DNA from: Candidatus Omnitrophota bacterium
GTDB taxonomy: Bacteria; Omnitrophota; Gorgyraeia; S143-82
Direction: 5' to 3'
NCBI GenBank assembly: GCA_015494465.1
Contig: WGBD01000002.1
Coordinates: 3,683 to 67,682 of the forward strand
Length of the DNA: 64,000 nucleotides
Below, piece by piece: positions 41,202 through 52,379 of the stretch. The notes under the pieces were generated by a model. That model saw only the letters and a list, made by a program, of their open reading frames with translations. It ran no database searches and was not told the DNA's origin. A program made the translations under genes and the position numbers. How positions within the stretch are numbered: the stretch's first letter is position 1; each line of letters starts with the position of its first letter.

Positions 41202-42602
41202 TTATCCCAACAACTGCAAGATAGCCTGAGGTGCGACGTTTGCGTGGGCAAGCATCGCAGTACCTGCCTGCATCAGTATCTGGAGCCTGGTGAACTCCAC
41301 CATCTCCTTTGCCATATCCACATCCCGGATACGGCTCTCAGAGGACTGGATGTTCTCACGGGTGACACCCAAGTTGGATATGGTGCTCTCCAAGGTGTTC
41401 TTCTGGAAGGCACCAAGGGTTGCCCTCTGAGTGGAGACGTCGTTTATCGCCTCGTCGATTATCTGCACTGCCATCGCTGCGTTGTTGGTCAGGTCGTAGG
41501 TGCCACCGGACTTGATGGCCAACAGACCCTGAGAACCAGCGGTGCTGGTGCCCAGCTGATTGGCCCTCATGGAGTTGATGGAGATGGTGGCTATCTCGTT
41601 GCTGTCCGCATTGGCACCGAGCACGAACCGGAGCAGACCAGCGGTCACATAGATGTCGTACTGAGGATGCGTACCGGTGGTATTGTAGCCCTCGTTGATG
41701 GTTATGGTCATGTTCTTGAAGGTCCCAGTCGCAGCTATGAGGGTCAGACCGCTACCGGTAGCAGATCCCCCGTGGATGGTACCCGCTATGTCCTGACCGA
41801 CATCAGCAGCTACACCCCCGCTTACCGCAGACCCGGTGACCACCAAAGAGGCCTCGGTACCGTAGGCTACCGTCTTTATAAAGATGTAATCCGTACCGGA
41901 TCCACCAGCGGAAGTCCATGCGATCACCCCACTAACAGTGGCATTTATCGCTGAGACGATCTGTCCAGCACTATAAGAACTGGCAATGTCGACCGTAACA
42001 CCGTTTATGACCAGATCACCGTATCCCCAAGCACTGGTTGCTCCCGTACCCAACGATACCAACGCCTGAGATGCCTTTTGAGTGATCTGATAGGACACAA
42101 ATCCGGTGCTCGCATAGTTACCGATGCTCGCAGCCACAACCCTATTGCTGTTCTTTATCTCCACCGAGTTACCGGCTGCACCGTTGAGGAGGTACTTACC
42201 GGCGTACTTGGTGGTGTTGGCGATCCTGTCGATGGAGTCCACCGCCGAATCCACCTGTGCCTGGTCGGCAGCAATGGCCTCGGCATCGTTAGCACCTTCG
42301 TTGGCTGCGTGAAGTGCCAATGCCCGGATGGAGTTCAACAGGGTGTTCATCTCGGTCAAGGCACCTTCCGCAGTCTGCACCATGGAGATCGCGTCCTCAG
42401 CGTTGCGGATCGCCTGGTCCAGACCGACGATGTTGGCACGCAGTTTCTCGGAAATGACCAGACCTGCCGGATCGTCCCCGGCGCGATTGATACGATAACC
42501 AGAGGAGAGTTTCTCCAGAGACTTGCGTATTGCGCTGTCCGTCTTGGTGAGGTTCCACCACGCGTTGAGCGCTGCGATGTTGTGGTTAATCCTTACTCCC
42601 AT
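41202..42602 (-). CDS. fliC: flagellin
   Basis: RINHNIAALNA, KLSSGYRINRAGDDPAGL, QTAEGAL, ESRIRDVDMAKEM, QAILQLLG. Confidence 0.97.
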   Translation of the reverse strand: MGVRINHNIAALNAWWNLTKTDSAIRKSLEKLSSGYRINRAGDDPAGLVISEKLRANIVGLDQAIRNAEDAISMVQTAEGALTEMNTLLNSIRALALHAANEGANDAEAIAADQAQVDSAVDSIDRIANTTKYAGKYLLNGAAGNSVEIKNSNRVVAASIGNYASTGFVSYQITQKASQALVSLGTGATSAWGYGDLVINGVTVDIASSYSAGQIVSAINATVSGVIAWTSAGGSGTDYIFIKTVAYGTEASLVVTGSAVSGGVAADVGQDIAGTIHGGSATGSGLTLIAATGTFKNMTITINEGYNTTGTHPQYDIYVTAGLLRFVLGANADSNEIATISINSMRANQLGTSTAGSQGLLAIKSGGTYDLTNNAAMAVQIIDEAINDVSTQRATLGAFQKNTLESTISNLGVTRENIQSSESRIRDVDMAKEMVEFTRLQILMQAGTAMLAHANVAPQAILQLLG

Positions 42603-42605
42603 CTT

Positions 42606-42691
42606 CTGCCTCCTTGCAGTTTAACCCCACTTTAGCGTCCCTGCTAAAGCCAAGGCTGAATATTTGTATAGCGGTCCAGCCTCCAGACCGC
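42606..42691 (-). promoter_or_regulatory. CsrA-type GGA hairpins in the fliC leader
   Basis: CTTTAGC-AGGGAC-GCTAAAG (42630-42649), CTGC-AAGGAG-GCAG over the SD (42606-42619), GCGGTCT-GGAGGCT-GGACCGC (42671-42691). Confidence 0.7.
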
Positions 42692-42756
42692 TTGCCTCTT
42701 TGGTGCGCCCCTTTTTACCGACTATCACCCCCCTTCTTCAAAGAACTCTACTATAT

Positions 42757-42783
42757 TTATCGTCGCTGTAGGGAAAAACTTTA
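42757..42783 (-). promoter_or_regulatory. sigma28 (FliA) promoter of fliC
   Basis: TAAAGTTT...: TAAA-N15-GACGATAA versus consensus TAAA-N15-GCCGATAA. Confidence 0.8.
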
Positions 42784-42932
42784 GTTTTTTAGGATCGGCG
42801 AGGGGAAATGGGCACAGGCACCCTTTATCACCCAGCAATACGAGAAGTCACATAAGATCTATCATCCGGATTTAAAGCAAAACATACTGGGAGGCAAGGG
42901 GTTATGTCTTAACGAAAGAGAGCCACGAACGA

Positions 42933-43811
42933 TTACCTCAAACGCCTATAAAGCAGGGAAAGGAACTCAGACTTGTCAATCTCCCAGCGAGGGGCCACTA
43001 ACAAAGAGGGAGGACAATCGCTGACCAGCCTATGGACGACTATCCGGGGATCCAGATGGGGCAGGAGATAGAGAAGGAGGTCCATGTATTCCCGCCAGTC
43101 CATTACCGGCAGTTTTCCTTCACGGTACCATCGCTCAAAAACGGTACCCTTTACCACCTGAAGGTGGTGTATCTTGATCCCGTCCAGTCCCAATCGGTTC
43201 ACCCACTCTATGGTATTCAACATATCCTCCCTCGTCTCACCCGGCAGGCCAAGTATCACATGGGCACAGGTGAGAATCCCATCGAAGCCTTTGGCCCTCT
43301 CTACCGCGTCCCGGAAGGTGGCAAAATCGTGTCCGCGGTTAATCAACCTCAAGGTCCGATCGTTGGCGCTCTGCAGGCCTATCTCCAGCCAGAGCATCAT
43401 GTCCTTTGCGTAGCGGGAAAGCAGGGCCAAGATCTCCTCTCCCAGACAATCCGGACGGGTGGATACGGAAAGGCCCACCACATCCCCGGCAAACTCGTAG
43501 GCCACATCAAACTGCCTCTTCAACTCCTCAATCGGGGCAAAGGTGTTGGTGTAGGTCTGGAAGTAGAGGATGAATTTTCCCCTAAAGCCCCTCTGCCTTG
43601 CCCTTTCTATTCCCAATCGGACCTGTTCCCTGACATCTAGCGAGCGTACCTCATCTAGCAAGGCAAAGGAGGCGTTGTTGCAGTAGAAGCACCCGCCCTT
43701 CCCTGTCCTACCCTCCCGGTGGGGACAGCCGAGAAAGGTGTGGATGGGGAGCTTCTTTACCGGGAATGGGAACCTCTCCCTAAGATAGGCCCTAAAGGTC
43801 CTTATCCTCAT
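42933..43811 (-). CDS. TIGR01212 (YhcC) family radical SAM protein
   Basis: GCPHREG...GGCFYC, YFQTYTNT, TRPDC, EIGLQS, GIKIHHL; start placed at ATG 43811. Confidence 0.9.
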   Translation of the reverse strand: MRIRTFRAYLRERFPFPVKKLPIHTFLGCPHREGRTGKGGCFYCNNASFALLDEVRSLDVREQVRLGIERARQRGFRGKFILYFQTYTNTFAPIEELKRQFDVAYEFAGDVVGLSVSTRPDCLGEEILALLSRYAKDMMLWLEIGLQSANDRTLRLINRGHDFATFRDAVERAKGFDGILTCAHVILGLPGETREDMLNTIEWVNRLGLDGIKIHHLQVVKGTVFERWYREGKLPVMDWREYMDLLLYLLPHLDPRIVVHRLVSDCPPSLLVAPRWEIDKSEFLSLLYRRLR

Positions 43812-43923
43812 GCCTCCCGCAGGAACGACAGTTCCCACTGCAACCTATCCCTTTCCCCGACAGGTAATAGGAAAGGGCGAACACCACGGCCAACAGGAAC
43901 AGCAACCCAAAGGCCTTGAGCAC
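43792..43923 (-). CDS. 43-aa membrane peptide with Cys-rich tail (FeoB-associated Cys-rich-like)
   Basis: GTG start after AGGAGG; MLKAFGLLFLLAVVFALSYYLSGKGIGCSGNCRSCGRHEDKDL. Confidence 0.7.
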   Translation of the reverse strand: MLKAFGLLFLLAVVFALSYYLSGKGIGCSGNCRSCGRHEDKDL

Positions 43924-43926
43924 ATC

Positions 43927-44760
43927 CTACCTCCTCCTCGCCACTAATACTCGGGGTCTTTCGTTGAGATCGGGGACCACCTTAACGACCTCAAAACCCC
44001 CCTCCTCCCCAAGGGCCCTGACCTGCTCTGCCCTTTCTTCCGTCCCCGGCAGTTCCATAAAGAGCCACCCCCCGGGCGACAGCAGGACCACCCCTTTTTC
44101 AAACAGCACCCGGTAGAAGAAGTTCCCTCCCTCTCCGGCAAACAGGGCCACCGGAGGCTCCTTCTTGACATCCTCGGGCAAGGTGGGAAATTGGGAAAAG
44201 TCTATGTAAGGCGGATTGCTCACCAATACATCGTAGTGTTCCTGAGAGAGAGGTGCGGATTCTATCTCCAAGAAATCCCCCAACACGAACCTCACCCTCC
44301 CCAGCAACTCCCCCTTCTCGTGCAGGTCGTTGCGGTTCTCCGTAGCCACACTTATGGCCAGAGAGGATATGTCCAGACCGTCTATCTCCCACCTCCTCTC
44401 TCTGGCCAAGGCAAGGGCGATGGCCCCGCATCCCGTGCCCACATCCAGCACCCGAAGACCAGTTTTCCTCTTTATCGTGGACAAAACCGTATCCACCAGC
44501 ACCTCGGTCTCGGGCCGGGGGACGAACACCCCCGGCACCACCTTCAACTTCATACCCATAAACCAGGCGACCCCCAACAGGTACTGCAGGGGATAGCCGG
44601 ACAACCTTCTCTGTTCCAAGGCCAAAAACGAGGAGTAAATAGCAGGGCGTATGTTCGTCTGGTAAAGTTCGCTTCGGGGCAGGCCCAACAACTCCTCGAA
44701 GATGAACTCGACCTCGTGGGCAGGCAGTCGGGATCCCTTTATTATCTGGGCGAGTTTCAT
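43927..44760 (-). CDS. prmC: release factor glutamine methyltransferase
   Basis: PLQYLLG, PRPETE, DVGTGCG, SNPPY; follows prfA. Confidence 0.95.
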   Translation of the reverse strand: MKLAQIIKGSRLPAHEVEFIFEELLGLPRSELYQTNIRPAIYSSFLALEQRRLSGYPLQYLLGVAWFMGMKLKVVPGVFVPRPETEVLVDTVLSTIKRKTGLRVLDVGTGCGAIALALARERRWEIDGLDISSLAISVATENRNDLHEKGELLGRVRFVLGDFLEIESAPLSQEHYDVLVSNPPYIDFSQFPTLPEDVKKEPPVALFAGEGGNFFYRVLFEKGVVLLSPGGWLFMELPGTEERAEQVRALGEEGGFEVVKVVPDLNERPRVLVARRR

Positions 44761-45812
44761 GTCTTACTGCGGGCCAGTTCCTTTTCCGCCTTCAAAAGGG
44801 CCTCTATTATCTCGTCCAAATCGCCCTGAAGGACCTCCTCCAGGCGATAGGTGGTAAAGCCTATACGATGATCGGTGACCCGGTGATCTGGGAAGTTGTA
44901 GGTCCGTATCTTCTCGCTCCTGTCCCCACTGCCGATGCTCTTTTTGCGCTGGGACGATAGTTTCTGCTCCTGCTCCCGTTTCTTCATGTCCAACAGGCGG
45001 GCCTTTAACACCCGCAGGGCCTTTTCCTTGTTCTTCAACTGGGATCGCTCGTCCTGACAGGTGACGACTATGCCCGTAGGGATGTGGGTAATCCTCACCG
45101 CTGAATCGGAGGTATTTACGGATTGGCCCCCGGGGCCGCTGGAGCGGAAGACATCTATCCTGAGGTCTTTGGGGTCTATCTGTATCTCTATCTCCTCGGG
45201 TTCGGTCATGACTACCACCGAGGCTGCGGAGGTGTGGATCCGTCCGCCGGTCTCGGTGACCGGCACGCGCTGGACCCTGTGGACCCCGCTCTCGTATCTC
45301 AGGAAGTAGTAGACCCTGTCGCCGGAGATGGAGAAGACTATCTCCTTATACCCTCCTATCTCACTGGGGTGGCTGTCCAAGACCTCCACCTTCCAGCCCT
45401 TCTTCTCCGCGTACTTGGTGTACATACGAAAGAGGTCAGCGGCAAACAGGGTTGCCTCCAGTCCCCCGGTCCCTGCCCTTATCTCCACTATTACATCCTT
45501 GTTGGCATCGGGGATGTCGGAAAGGAGGAGATCCTCGGCCTTCTTCTCCAGTTCCTCCAGTTCCCGCTGTAGATTCTTCTTTTCCTCCTCCACCAGCCCC
45601 TTGACCTCAGGATCTCCCTCCATCTCCTGGAGGTCAGAGAGGGTCTTGGTGAGGTAGGCGTAGCGCTCGTATATCTGGGCCTTCTCTTTGAGGTTGGCCA
45701 TCTCCTTGACCACCCGCTGATAGGCCTGCCTGTCCCCTATCACCCGGGGATCGGAGATCCTCTTCTCCAGTTCCTTGTACTGGGCGTGCCAATCCCTAAA
45801 CTTATCCCACAT
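44757..45812 (-). CDS. prfA: peptide chain release factor 1
   Basis: PVT anticodon motif, GPGGQ, IRTYNFP. Confidence 0.97.
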   Translation of the reverse strand: MWDKFRDWHAQYKELEKRISDPRVIGDRQAYQRVVKEMANLKEKAQIYERYAYLTKTLSDLQEMEGDPEVKGLVEEEKKNLQRELEELEKKAEDLLLSDIPDANKDVIVEIRAGTGGLEATLFAADLFRMYTKYAEKKGWKVEVLDSHPSEIGGYKEIVFSISGDRVYYFLRYESGVHRVQRVPVTETGGRIHTSAASVVVMTEPEEIEIQIDPKDLRIDVFRSSGPGGQSVNTSDSAVRITHIPTGIVVTCQDERSQLKNKEKALRVLKARLLDMKKREQEQKLSSQRKKSIGSGDRSEKIRTYNFPDHRVTDHRIGFTTYRLEEVLQGDLDEIIEALLKAEKELARSKT

Positions 45813-47076
45813 ATACCTTCCGGATCTCGTCCTCGTAGTCTTGCGCGGGACCTATAACGGCGAGGTTGTACCTATTGGGATTGAACAGGTCCCGAGCAAC
45901 CGCGCGCACATCCTCCAAAGAGACCTCGCTGATTCGCTTCATCACCTCGCGGGGATCCTCGGCTATCCCCTGATTGAGGAGTTTGCCCCCCAAAAGGAGC
46001 ATGTTCTCCATCGTGTCTTCCAGATGGAGTACCACCTGCCCGAGGAGATACTCCTTCCCCCGCCTGAACTCACCCGCGGAAATTTTGCCCCCTGCCATCT
46101 TCTCCAACTCCCGCAGTATGACCTTAAGGGTATCCGGCAGTCTCTTATGTTCTGTGCCCGCCTTTATAAACAGGCCTCCCGTCTCCTTCATCTTGCTCAA
46201 GGAGGAAGAGATGTGGTAGGCAAGACCGCGTTTTTCTCTGACCTCGTTGAATAGCCTACTGGACATATTACCGCCCAGTATTATGTTGAGGACCTCCTGT
46301 GCGTACCGGCGCTCGTCGCTGTAGGAATAGGCTGGCATACACAGACACAGGTGGCTCTGCTCGGTGGGCTTGGCAAGGAGTTTCAACTTGGGACGAGCCT
46401 GCTTCCCAGAGAAGGGGTTGTCCACCACCCGCGCGCCCTTGGGCACGGATTCGAATTCCTCTCGTATCCAATCTATCACCGGACCCTCTATCTTCCCCGC
46501 AAGGGCAACCACTATATTGTTGGGACGATAATACCTCTCTTGAAACTTGGTCATCACTTCGCAGGTGATCCGGCTCACGGTCTCAATCGTCCCCGCCAAC
46601 GGCTGGCCGAGGGGATGGCCCTCCCAGAGGAGTTCCTGGGCCAGTTCCACCACATAGGCCTGAGGCAGGTCCATGTACATCCTTATCTCCTCAAATATCA
46701 CCAGACGCTCCCTCTCCAGTTCGTCTTCAGGAAGGAGCGGGAACAAGACCATATCCGACAACACCCTTATCGCCCTGCGCATGTGCCGTGCGGGTATCTT
46801 CACCAGATAACAGGTGTTCTCCTCAGAGGTGAAGGCGTTGAGGGATCCCCCAACCCCCTCTAACTCCTCCTTTATCCTCCGGCAGGAATACCTGCGCGAT
46901 CCCTTGAATACCATGTGCTCCAGAAAGTGGGAGATGCCTTTGTATCTTACGCTCTCAAACCTCCCCCCCATCTTCACCCATATCCCGACGGAGACGGATT
47001 CCATCTCGGACATGGGATAGAGTACGATACGCAATCCGTTGTTGAGCCTCTCTAAGACAACCCTTCTCTCATCCAC
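45802..47076 (-). CDS. M16 family zinc peptidase
   Basis: HFLEH inverted zinc motif, [21 protein letters not shown]. Confidence 0.93.
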   Translation of the reverse strand: MDERRVVLERLNNGLRIVLYPMSEMESVSVGIWVKMGGRFESVRYKGISHFLEHMVFKGSRRYSCRRIKEELEGVGGSLNAFTSEENTCYLVKIPARHMRRAIRVLSDMVLFPLLPEDELERERLVIFEEIRMYMDLPQAYVVELAQELLWEGHPLGQPLAGTIETVSRITCEVMTKFQERYYRPNNIVVALAGKIEGPVIDWIREEFESVPKGARVVDNPFSGKQARPKLKLLAKPTEQSHLCLCMPAYSYSDERRYAQEVLNIILGGNMSSRLFNEVREKRGLAYHISSSLSKMKETGGLFIKAGTEHKRLPDTLKVILRELEKMAGGKISAGEFRRGKEYLLGQVVLHLEDTMENMLLLGGKLLNQGIAEDPREVMKRISEVSLEDVRAVARDLFNPNRYNLAVIGPAQDYEDEIRKVYVG

Positions 47077-47804
47077 TCTATCTTCCTCCTCACCCTCTCT
47101 ATGTTCTCCTCGACCGGCAGCGAGGGATCTATCTCCTTTATTAGGGCGCTCCCCACAATCACTCCGTCGGCGACCTTCGTGGCGGAACGGACATGGTCCG
47201 GGCTGGATATCCCAAACCCCAGCATTATCGGCAGGGATACCCCCAAATCCCGCTTGAGTCGGCCTATGTGTCTCAGGGCAAAGCGATTCACCTCCCTGCG
47301 TTCACCGGTCACCCCGGTAACTGAGACATAATAAAGGAAACCGCTTCCCCGCCGAGCTACCTCGACTGCCCGCTCGTCGGGCGTGGTCGGGGTGATGAAC
47401 ATAATGGAATGGATACTCGCCTTGCGGGTTGCGGAGAGGAGTTCCCCAGACTCCTCCAACGGCACATCCGGGACGATCAATCCGCTTATCCCCGCCTCCT
47501 TGGCATCCTCGGCAAACTTCCCTACTCCCCGATGGTATAGGAGGTTGTAGTAGGTCATGTAATAGAGAGGGACCGAGACCCTCTTGCTCAACTGCCGGGT
47601 ACGATCAAAAACCTCTCTCACCCGCAATCCCCGGGAAAGGGCATAGGAGGAGGCGCGCTGTATAACCGGACCGTCGGCGATGGGATCGGTGAACGGGATA
47701 CCTATCTCTATCCCGCTTACCAGATCGGCGATAGCCTCCATTATACGAAAACCATCCTCCAGCGAGGGATAGCCCGCGGTCAGATAGACGATAAAGTCTT
47801 TCAT
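47052..47804 (-). CDS. trpA: tryptophan synthase alpha chain
   Basis: TAGYP, EIGIPFTDPIADGPVIQ, GVTG, GFGIS. Confidence 0.95.
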   Translation of the reverse strand: MKDFIVYLTAGYPSLEDGFRIMEAIADLVSGIEIGIPFTDPIADGPVIQRASSYALSRGLRVREVFDRTRQLSKRVSVPLYYMTYYNLLYHRGVGKFAEDAKEAGISGLIVPDVPLEESGELLSATRKASIHSIMFITPTTPDERAVEVARRGSGFLYYVSVTGVTGERREVNRFALRHIGRLKRDLGVSLPIMLGFGISSPDHVRSATKVADGVIVGSALIKEIDPSLPVEENIERVRRKIEWMREGLS

Positions 47805-48409
47805 AACCTTATACAGATGCCCTTTTCAAACCGACTCTGATAACGGTAGACCTGACTGCCGGGAAAGAAGTCAATGGCCTTATCTACATCATCGTTCTCC
47901 ACCGGATGAGGTTCACCGTAGAGATCCCTGTGCACCGCATCCACCAGCTCAAATCCTTCCGGAGAAAAATCTACTATCCCGATTAACCCACCGGGACGAA
48001 TCACCCTCTTTATCTCGTGGAGCATCAGAGATGGCTCCTTTACATGATGCCAGAGATTGAAGAGTAGCACCGATCCCACCGAATTATCCGGCAAGGGTAT
48101 CCGTTCACCGGAACTACGCACGAACTTCACATTGGCCTGACCCAGCATACCCTCCAAGAGAGAGGACGCGAACTCTATCGCATCGGGATCGGGATCGAGG
48201 GATATCACATCCAAGCCCATTTCCGCCAAGGCAAGGGTGAAGTACCCCCTCCCGGTCCCTATCTCCAGCACCGGCTCGGGTATCACCTCCAGGAACCTCA
48301 AAAACGCCCTGCGCTCGCCCATAACATCGTATCCCCAGCGCAGGTAGAGTTCTATCTTGTCCCTGAAGTATTCACAGGCAAGTTCAGGAGAAAATAATCT
48401 CATCCCCAC
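47801..48409 (-). CDS. class I SAM-dependent methyltransferase
   Basis: VLEIGTGRG, WHH, RVIRPGG. Confidence 0.82.
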   Translation of the reverse strand: MGMRLFSPELACEYFRDKIELYLRWGYDVMGERRAFLRFLEVIPEPVLEIGTGRGYFTLALAEMGLDVISLDPDPDAIEFASSLLEGMLGQANVKFVRSSGERIPLPDNSVGSVLLFNLWHHVKEPSLMLHEIKRVIRPGGLIGIVDFSPEGFELVDAVHRDLYGEPHPVENDDVDKAIDFFPGSQVYRYQSRFEKGICIRL

Positions 48410-49205
48410 AACTCCTTATCTCACAGACCCCGGAAAACCTCTCCCTGAGCCTGCATATCTCATCCATCCCACTGCAGTGCATCGGGTAGAGCTCCTTTAC
48501 TCCCATCGCGTTAAACCCTTCCCCTATCTCGTCCACCAGATCCACACCCTTCTGGTGGAGGTGAAATCCGCCTATAACCGCCCGCACCGGAAGGTTGAGA
48601 GAGCGTCGCGCGTGTTCAACGATGTTCAACACGCCCCGGTGGGAACATCCGGTTATCACCACCACCTCCCCGTTGACCACCAGAAATACCGCCACCTCGT
48701 CCTTGAACTCGTCTTCGTCCCCGTTCTCCAGGACATACTGCTCCGACAGGGACATGGGATAGCCGTAATCAGGTATCTCCCCGGATACGTATATCCCCTC
48801 GTCCACCTGCCTTAACCTGTAGGCAAAGTCCACCATAAACCTCTCCGCCACCTCGTCCCACGGGGCCTTGCCCACACCTATGTACTGCATAAGACTACCC
48901 TGTTTGCGGTACTTGCCGACCCGGACCATGGGGTGGGCGTAGATCACCGTATCCTTCTTCACCACCTCGGAAACCGTAAGCAGGGCACCGGTGTGATCGT
49001 AATGCCCGTGGGAGAGGACGATGAAGGATATGGACTCCAGATCTACACCCATCTGAGAGGCGTTGGAGAAAAAGACATCCTCGGTCTGGCCGAGGTCGAA
49101 CAGGAAGTTCCTGCGGTCGGTCTTCACGAATAGGCTCAGGCCGTGCTCTGCCTTAAGGCCGGAACGAAACACCTTATTCTCCACCAGAACCTTCAGTACT
49201 ACCAT
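48384..49205 (-). CDS. MBL-fold metallohydrolase (COG1237 / MJ0301-like)
   Basis: EHGLS, LFDLG, SHGHYDHTG, GCSHRG, GGFHL, HCSG. Confidence 0.85.
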   Translation of the reverse strand: MVVLKVLVENKVFRSGLKAEHGLSLFVKTDRRNFLFDLGQTEDVFFSNASQMGVDLESISFIVLSHGHYDHTGALLTVSEVVKKDTVIYAHPMVRVGKYRKQGSLMQYIGVGKAPWDEVAERFMVDFAYRLRQVDEGIYVSGEIPDYGYPMSLSEQYVLENGDEDEFKDEVAVFLVVNGEVVVITGCSHRGVLNIVEHARRSLNLPVRAVIGGFHLHQKGVDLVDEIGEGFNAMGVKELYPMHCSGMDEICRLRERFSGVCEIRSCGDEIIFS

Positions 49206-49277
49206 AATCCACCACCTTTCAATCCGGACGACCCGTTAGAAAAAGCACAACGACTCCGCAGAAATTTTTATTATACC

Positions 49278-50489
49278 TCAACGGGATAGTTCCAGCCAGA
49301 CCTTGAAGGCCTGCTGGTGCTCTGCCACATCGTGGACCCTGAAGATAGACGCCCCCCGGGAATAGGCAAAGAGATTACCGGCAATCGTGCCCGGCAGGCG
49401 ATAAGGGACCTCGCTTCCGGTAAGATAGCCGATAAAGGACTTGCGGGAGATCCCCACCAGTACCGGGCGAACTGTGGAAAAGAGGCCCACGAACCTGAGG
49501 AGTCTATAATTATCCTCCCAGCGTTTGCCGAACCCTATCCCCGGATCCACCACCAGCTGATCCTCGGATATACCCTCCCTCAAGGCCTCTTCCACCCGTT
49601 TGCGCAGGAATTCGTAGACCCGACCCACCACATCGCCCTTCAAGGGATTTCTCTGCATAGTGGTAGGCCTGCCCTTCATGTGCATGATCACCGCGCCCAG
49701 TCGGTGGCGCTTTATCAGGGCCCTCATCCGTGGAGAGCCCACACCGGTGATGTCGTTTATCACATCCGCCCCTTCCTCTACCGCTGCCTTTGCGACATCC
49801 ACTTTATAGGTGTCCACGGAGAGGATTACATCCTTTGCCTCCTTGCGCAGTCTCTTTAGCACCGGCAGGAGCCGTGCCATCTCCTCTTTCGCAGATACCG
49901 GTCGGGCACCGGGCCGGGAGGACTCTGCTCCCAGATCCAATACCCTAGCACCAGCCTCTACCATCCGCATAGCCTTCTCCACCGCCGAATCTGGATCCAG
50001 AACCCCATCCCCGCTGAAGGAATCTGGGGTAAGGTTCACTATCCCCATAATCACCGGCTCACCCAAGGCCAATTCCTTGTCCCGACAGCGCCAGATCTTC
50101 CTTTCATCCTGCCGGCAGAACTCCACCAACGCCTTCAATCCCGCAAAACCTTGCTCCTCCAGTTTCTTGACCAGTCTGCCCAATTGCTTCTCCGTCACCA
50201 AAAGGAGGGCCTTCTCACACCTGCGGTTCTTCAGTATTGCACCTCTGCTTATCCCCAGATCTCCACCGACCGAGAGGGCCTCCTGCTTGAGTATGTTGGC
50301 CTCGTAACTGGTGAGCCCCTCTATAAACAAGACCCTCAACCCCGCCTTGGGGAGCATCCGGTTCACCCCGACGGGGTCTGCCTTGACCTGATTGGTGAGG
50401 ATGTAATAGATTACCTCCCTATCGGGCTGGATAGGTGTAATCTTCACCCGGCGGGTAAATGTAGTGCAACCGGCCTTCTTATCCACCAT
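49278..50489 (-). CDS. folP: dihydropteroate synthase with N-terminal extension
   Basis: MGIVNLTPDSFSG, ESSRPG, SVDT, DPGIGFGK, SRKSF, RVHDV. Confidence 0.93.
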   Translation of the reverse strand: MVDKKAGCTTFTRRVKITPIQPDREVIYYILTNQVKADPVGVNRMLPKAGLRVLFIEGLTSYEANILKQEALSVGGDLGISRGAILKNRRCEKALLLVTEKQLGRLVKKLEEQGFAGLKALVEFCRQDERKIWRCRDKELALGEPVIMGIVNLTPDSFSGDGVLDPDSAVEKAMRMVEAGARVLDLGAESSRPGARPVSAKEEMARLLPVLKRLRKEAKDVILSVDTYKVDVAKAAVEEGADVINDITGVGSPRMRALIKRHRLGAVIMHMKGRPTTMQRNPLKGDVVGRVYEFLRKRVEEALREGISEDQLVVDPGIGFGKRWEDNYRLLRFVGLFSTVRPVLVGISRKSFIGYLTGSEVPYRLPGTIAGNLFAYSRGASIFRVHDVAEHQQAFKVWLELSR

Positions 50490-50491
50490 CT

Positions 50492-52375
50492 TCAGCCTGC
50501 CTTATCTTCGGACTCCTCTTCTCCCGCTGGGACTGAGTCCTCCATCCCCAGCAACTGCTTTACCTCTTCCACGGAGAGGGTCTCTTTCTCCAGAAGGTAG
50601 TTTGCCAGACGGTGCAACTCGTCAATGTGCCCCTCCAGTATCGCCTTTGCTTCGTTATAGGCCTCGTCTATTATCTTTTTTACCTCCTCGTCTATCTCCC
50701 TGCCGGTCTCGGTGCTGTACAACCTCTCCACATACCCGTCCACATCCCACATGGGCAAGCCTCCAGGATGCTCCCAGACCACATTCCCAAGGCGTTCGCT
50801 CATACCGTACTGACAGACCATCCTCCTGGCTATCGCCGTGGCCACCTCCAGATCGTTGTGGGCCCCGGTGGTGACCTCGTTGAAGACCAGTTTCTCGGCG
50901 ATCCTGCCCCCGAGGAGGACCTTTATCCTCCCCAGTAACTCGTTCTTCTTTATGAGGTAGCGGTCCTCGGTGGGCCTCTGCAGGGTATACCCGAGGGCGG
51001 CCACACCCCTCGGCACTATGGAGACCTTGTGCAGGGGATCCACCACATCCTTCAGGTAGAGAGACAAGAGGGCGTGACCGGATTCGTGATAGGCCACCAC
51101 CTTCTTCTCCTTGGGGCTTATCGCCCGGGACCTCCTCTGGGGACCGGCCATAACCCTCTCTATGGACTCCTCGAGTTCCTCCATACCCACCGCATCCTTG
51201 TTTCGTCTCGCCGCCAACAGCGCAGCCTCGTTTATTAGGTTGGCCAGATCTGCACCCGAGAACCCCGGCGTCTGCTGGGCTATCCTGCGCAGGTCCACAT
51301 CCGGGGCGAGTTTCACATTCCGGGCGTGGACCTTCAATATCGCCTCCCTACCGTTCATGTCCGGCAGGTCCACCACTATACGCCTATCAAACCTCCCGGG
51401 CCTGAGCAGGGCAGGATCCAGAACATCCGGACGATTTGTGGATGCCATCACGATGATGCCCCGTGAACTGTCAAACCCGTCCATCTCTACCAGCAACTGG
51501 TTAAGGGTCTGCTGACGCTCCTCGTGGGCACCGTAGACCACACCAGCCCGTTTCCCTCCGACCGCATCTATCTCGTCTATGTAGATGATGCACCCCTTGT
51601 TAGTGGCCTGGGCAGCCTTTTTTGCCTGTTCGAAGAGGTCCCTCACCCGGGCAGCGCCCACGCCCACGAACATCTCCACGAAGTCCGATCCGCTTATGCT
51701 GAAGAACGGGACATCCGCCTCTCCCGCGACTGCCTTGGCCAACAGGGTCTTACCGGTACCGGGAGGCCCCACCAAAAGGACCCCCTTGGGTATCTTGCCC
51801 CCGAGACGCTGGTACTTCTGAGGATCCTTGAGAAAGTCTATCACCTCCTTCAATTCTTCCTTGGCCTCGTCGACCCCTGCCACATCGTCGAAGGTCACCC
51901 GCTCGGTAGGATTAGGTGGCCTGGTCCTGGCCCGGCCGAACGACCATATCTTGCCCCCGCCTTGCGCGCTCCGGAAGGCAAAGAACCAGTAGAACAGGAC
52001 TAGGACCAGCACCGGACCGAAGTAATAAAAGACCGAAGACAGGAATGTCTGGGCAGGCCTTATCTCCACCTCTGCCCCGGAGTCTCGCAGGAGTTTCAGT
52101 ATCTCCCTGTCCTCGGGATCCACATACAGGTAAAACCGCCTGCCGTCGGCAAACTTGCCGGTGATAAACCCCTCCTTCTTCACCACCGAGACTATCCTCG
52201 GCTCTCCGGACTTCAGGATGGAGTAGAATTCGGAATAAGAGAGTTCCTTGGGAATACCCTCTGTCCCTAACTCCATAAAGAGGTTGACCAGCAGCCATAT
52301 CGTCATCAGTATCACGAACAGGGCCAAGGGCCCGGGCAGTCTGGGTCTTCTTTGTCCCGGCGTAGGATTTCTCAT
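50492..52375 (-). CDS. ftsH: ATP-dependent zinc protease FtsH
   Basis: 2 [24 protein letters not shown]. Confidence 0.97.
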   Translation of the reverse strand: MRNPTPGQRRPRLPGPLALFVILMTIWLLVNLFMELGTEGIPKELSYSEFYSILKSGEPRIVSVVKKEGFITGKFADGRRFYLYVDPEDREILKLLRDSGAEVEIRPAQTFLSSVFYYFGPVLVLVLFYWFFAFRSAQGGGKIWSFGRARTRPPNPTERVTFDDVAGVDEAKEELKEVIDFLKDPQKYQRLGGKIPKGVLLVGPPGTGKTLLAKAVAGEADVPFFSISGSDFVEMFVGVGAARVRDLFEQAKKAAQATNKGCIIYIDEIDAVGGKRAGVVYGAHEERQQTLNQLLVEMDGFDSSRGIIVMASTNRPDVLDPALLRPGRFDRRIVVDLPDMNGREAILKVHARNVKLAPDVDLRRIAQQTPGFSGADLANLINEAALLAARRNKDAVGMEELEESIERVMAGPQRRSRAISPKEKKVVAYHESGHALLSLYLKDVVDPLHKVSIVPRGVAALGYTLQRPTEDRYLIKKNELLGRIKVLLGGRIAEKLVFNEVTTGAHNDLEVATAIARRMVCQYGMSERLGNVVWEHPGGLPMWDVDGYVERLYSTETGREIDEEVKKIIDEAYNEAKAILEGHIDELHRLANYLLEKETLSVEEVKQLLGMEDSVPAGEEESEDKAG

Positions 52376-52379
52376 GTGA

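Noticed and set aside
42790-42932. Possible ncRNA upstream of the fliC promoter
   Set aside because: No recognisable family motif or convincing structure by eye
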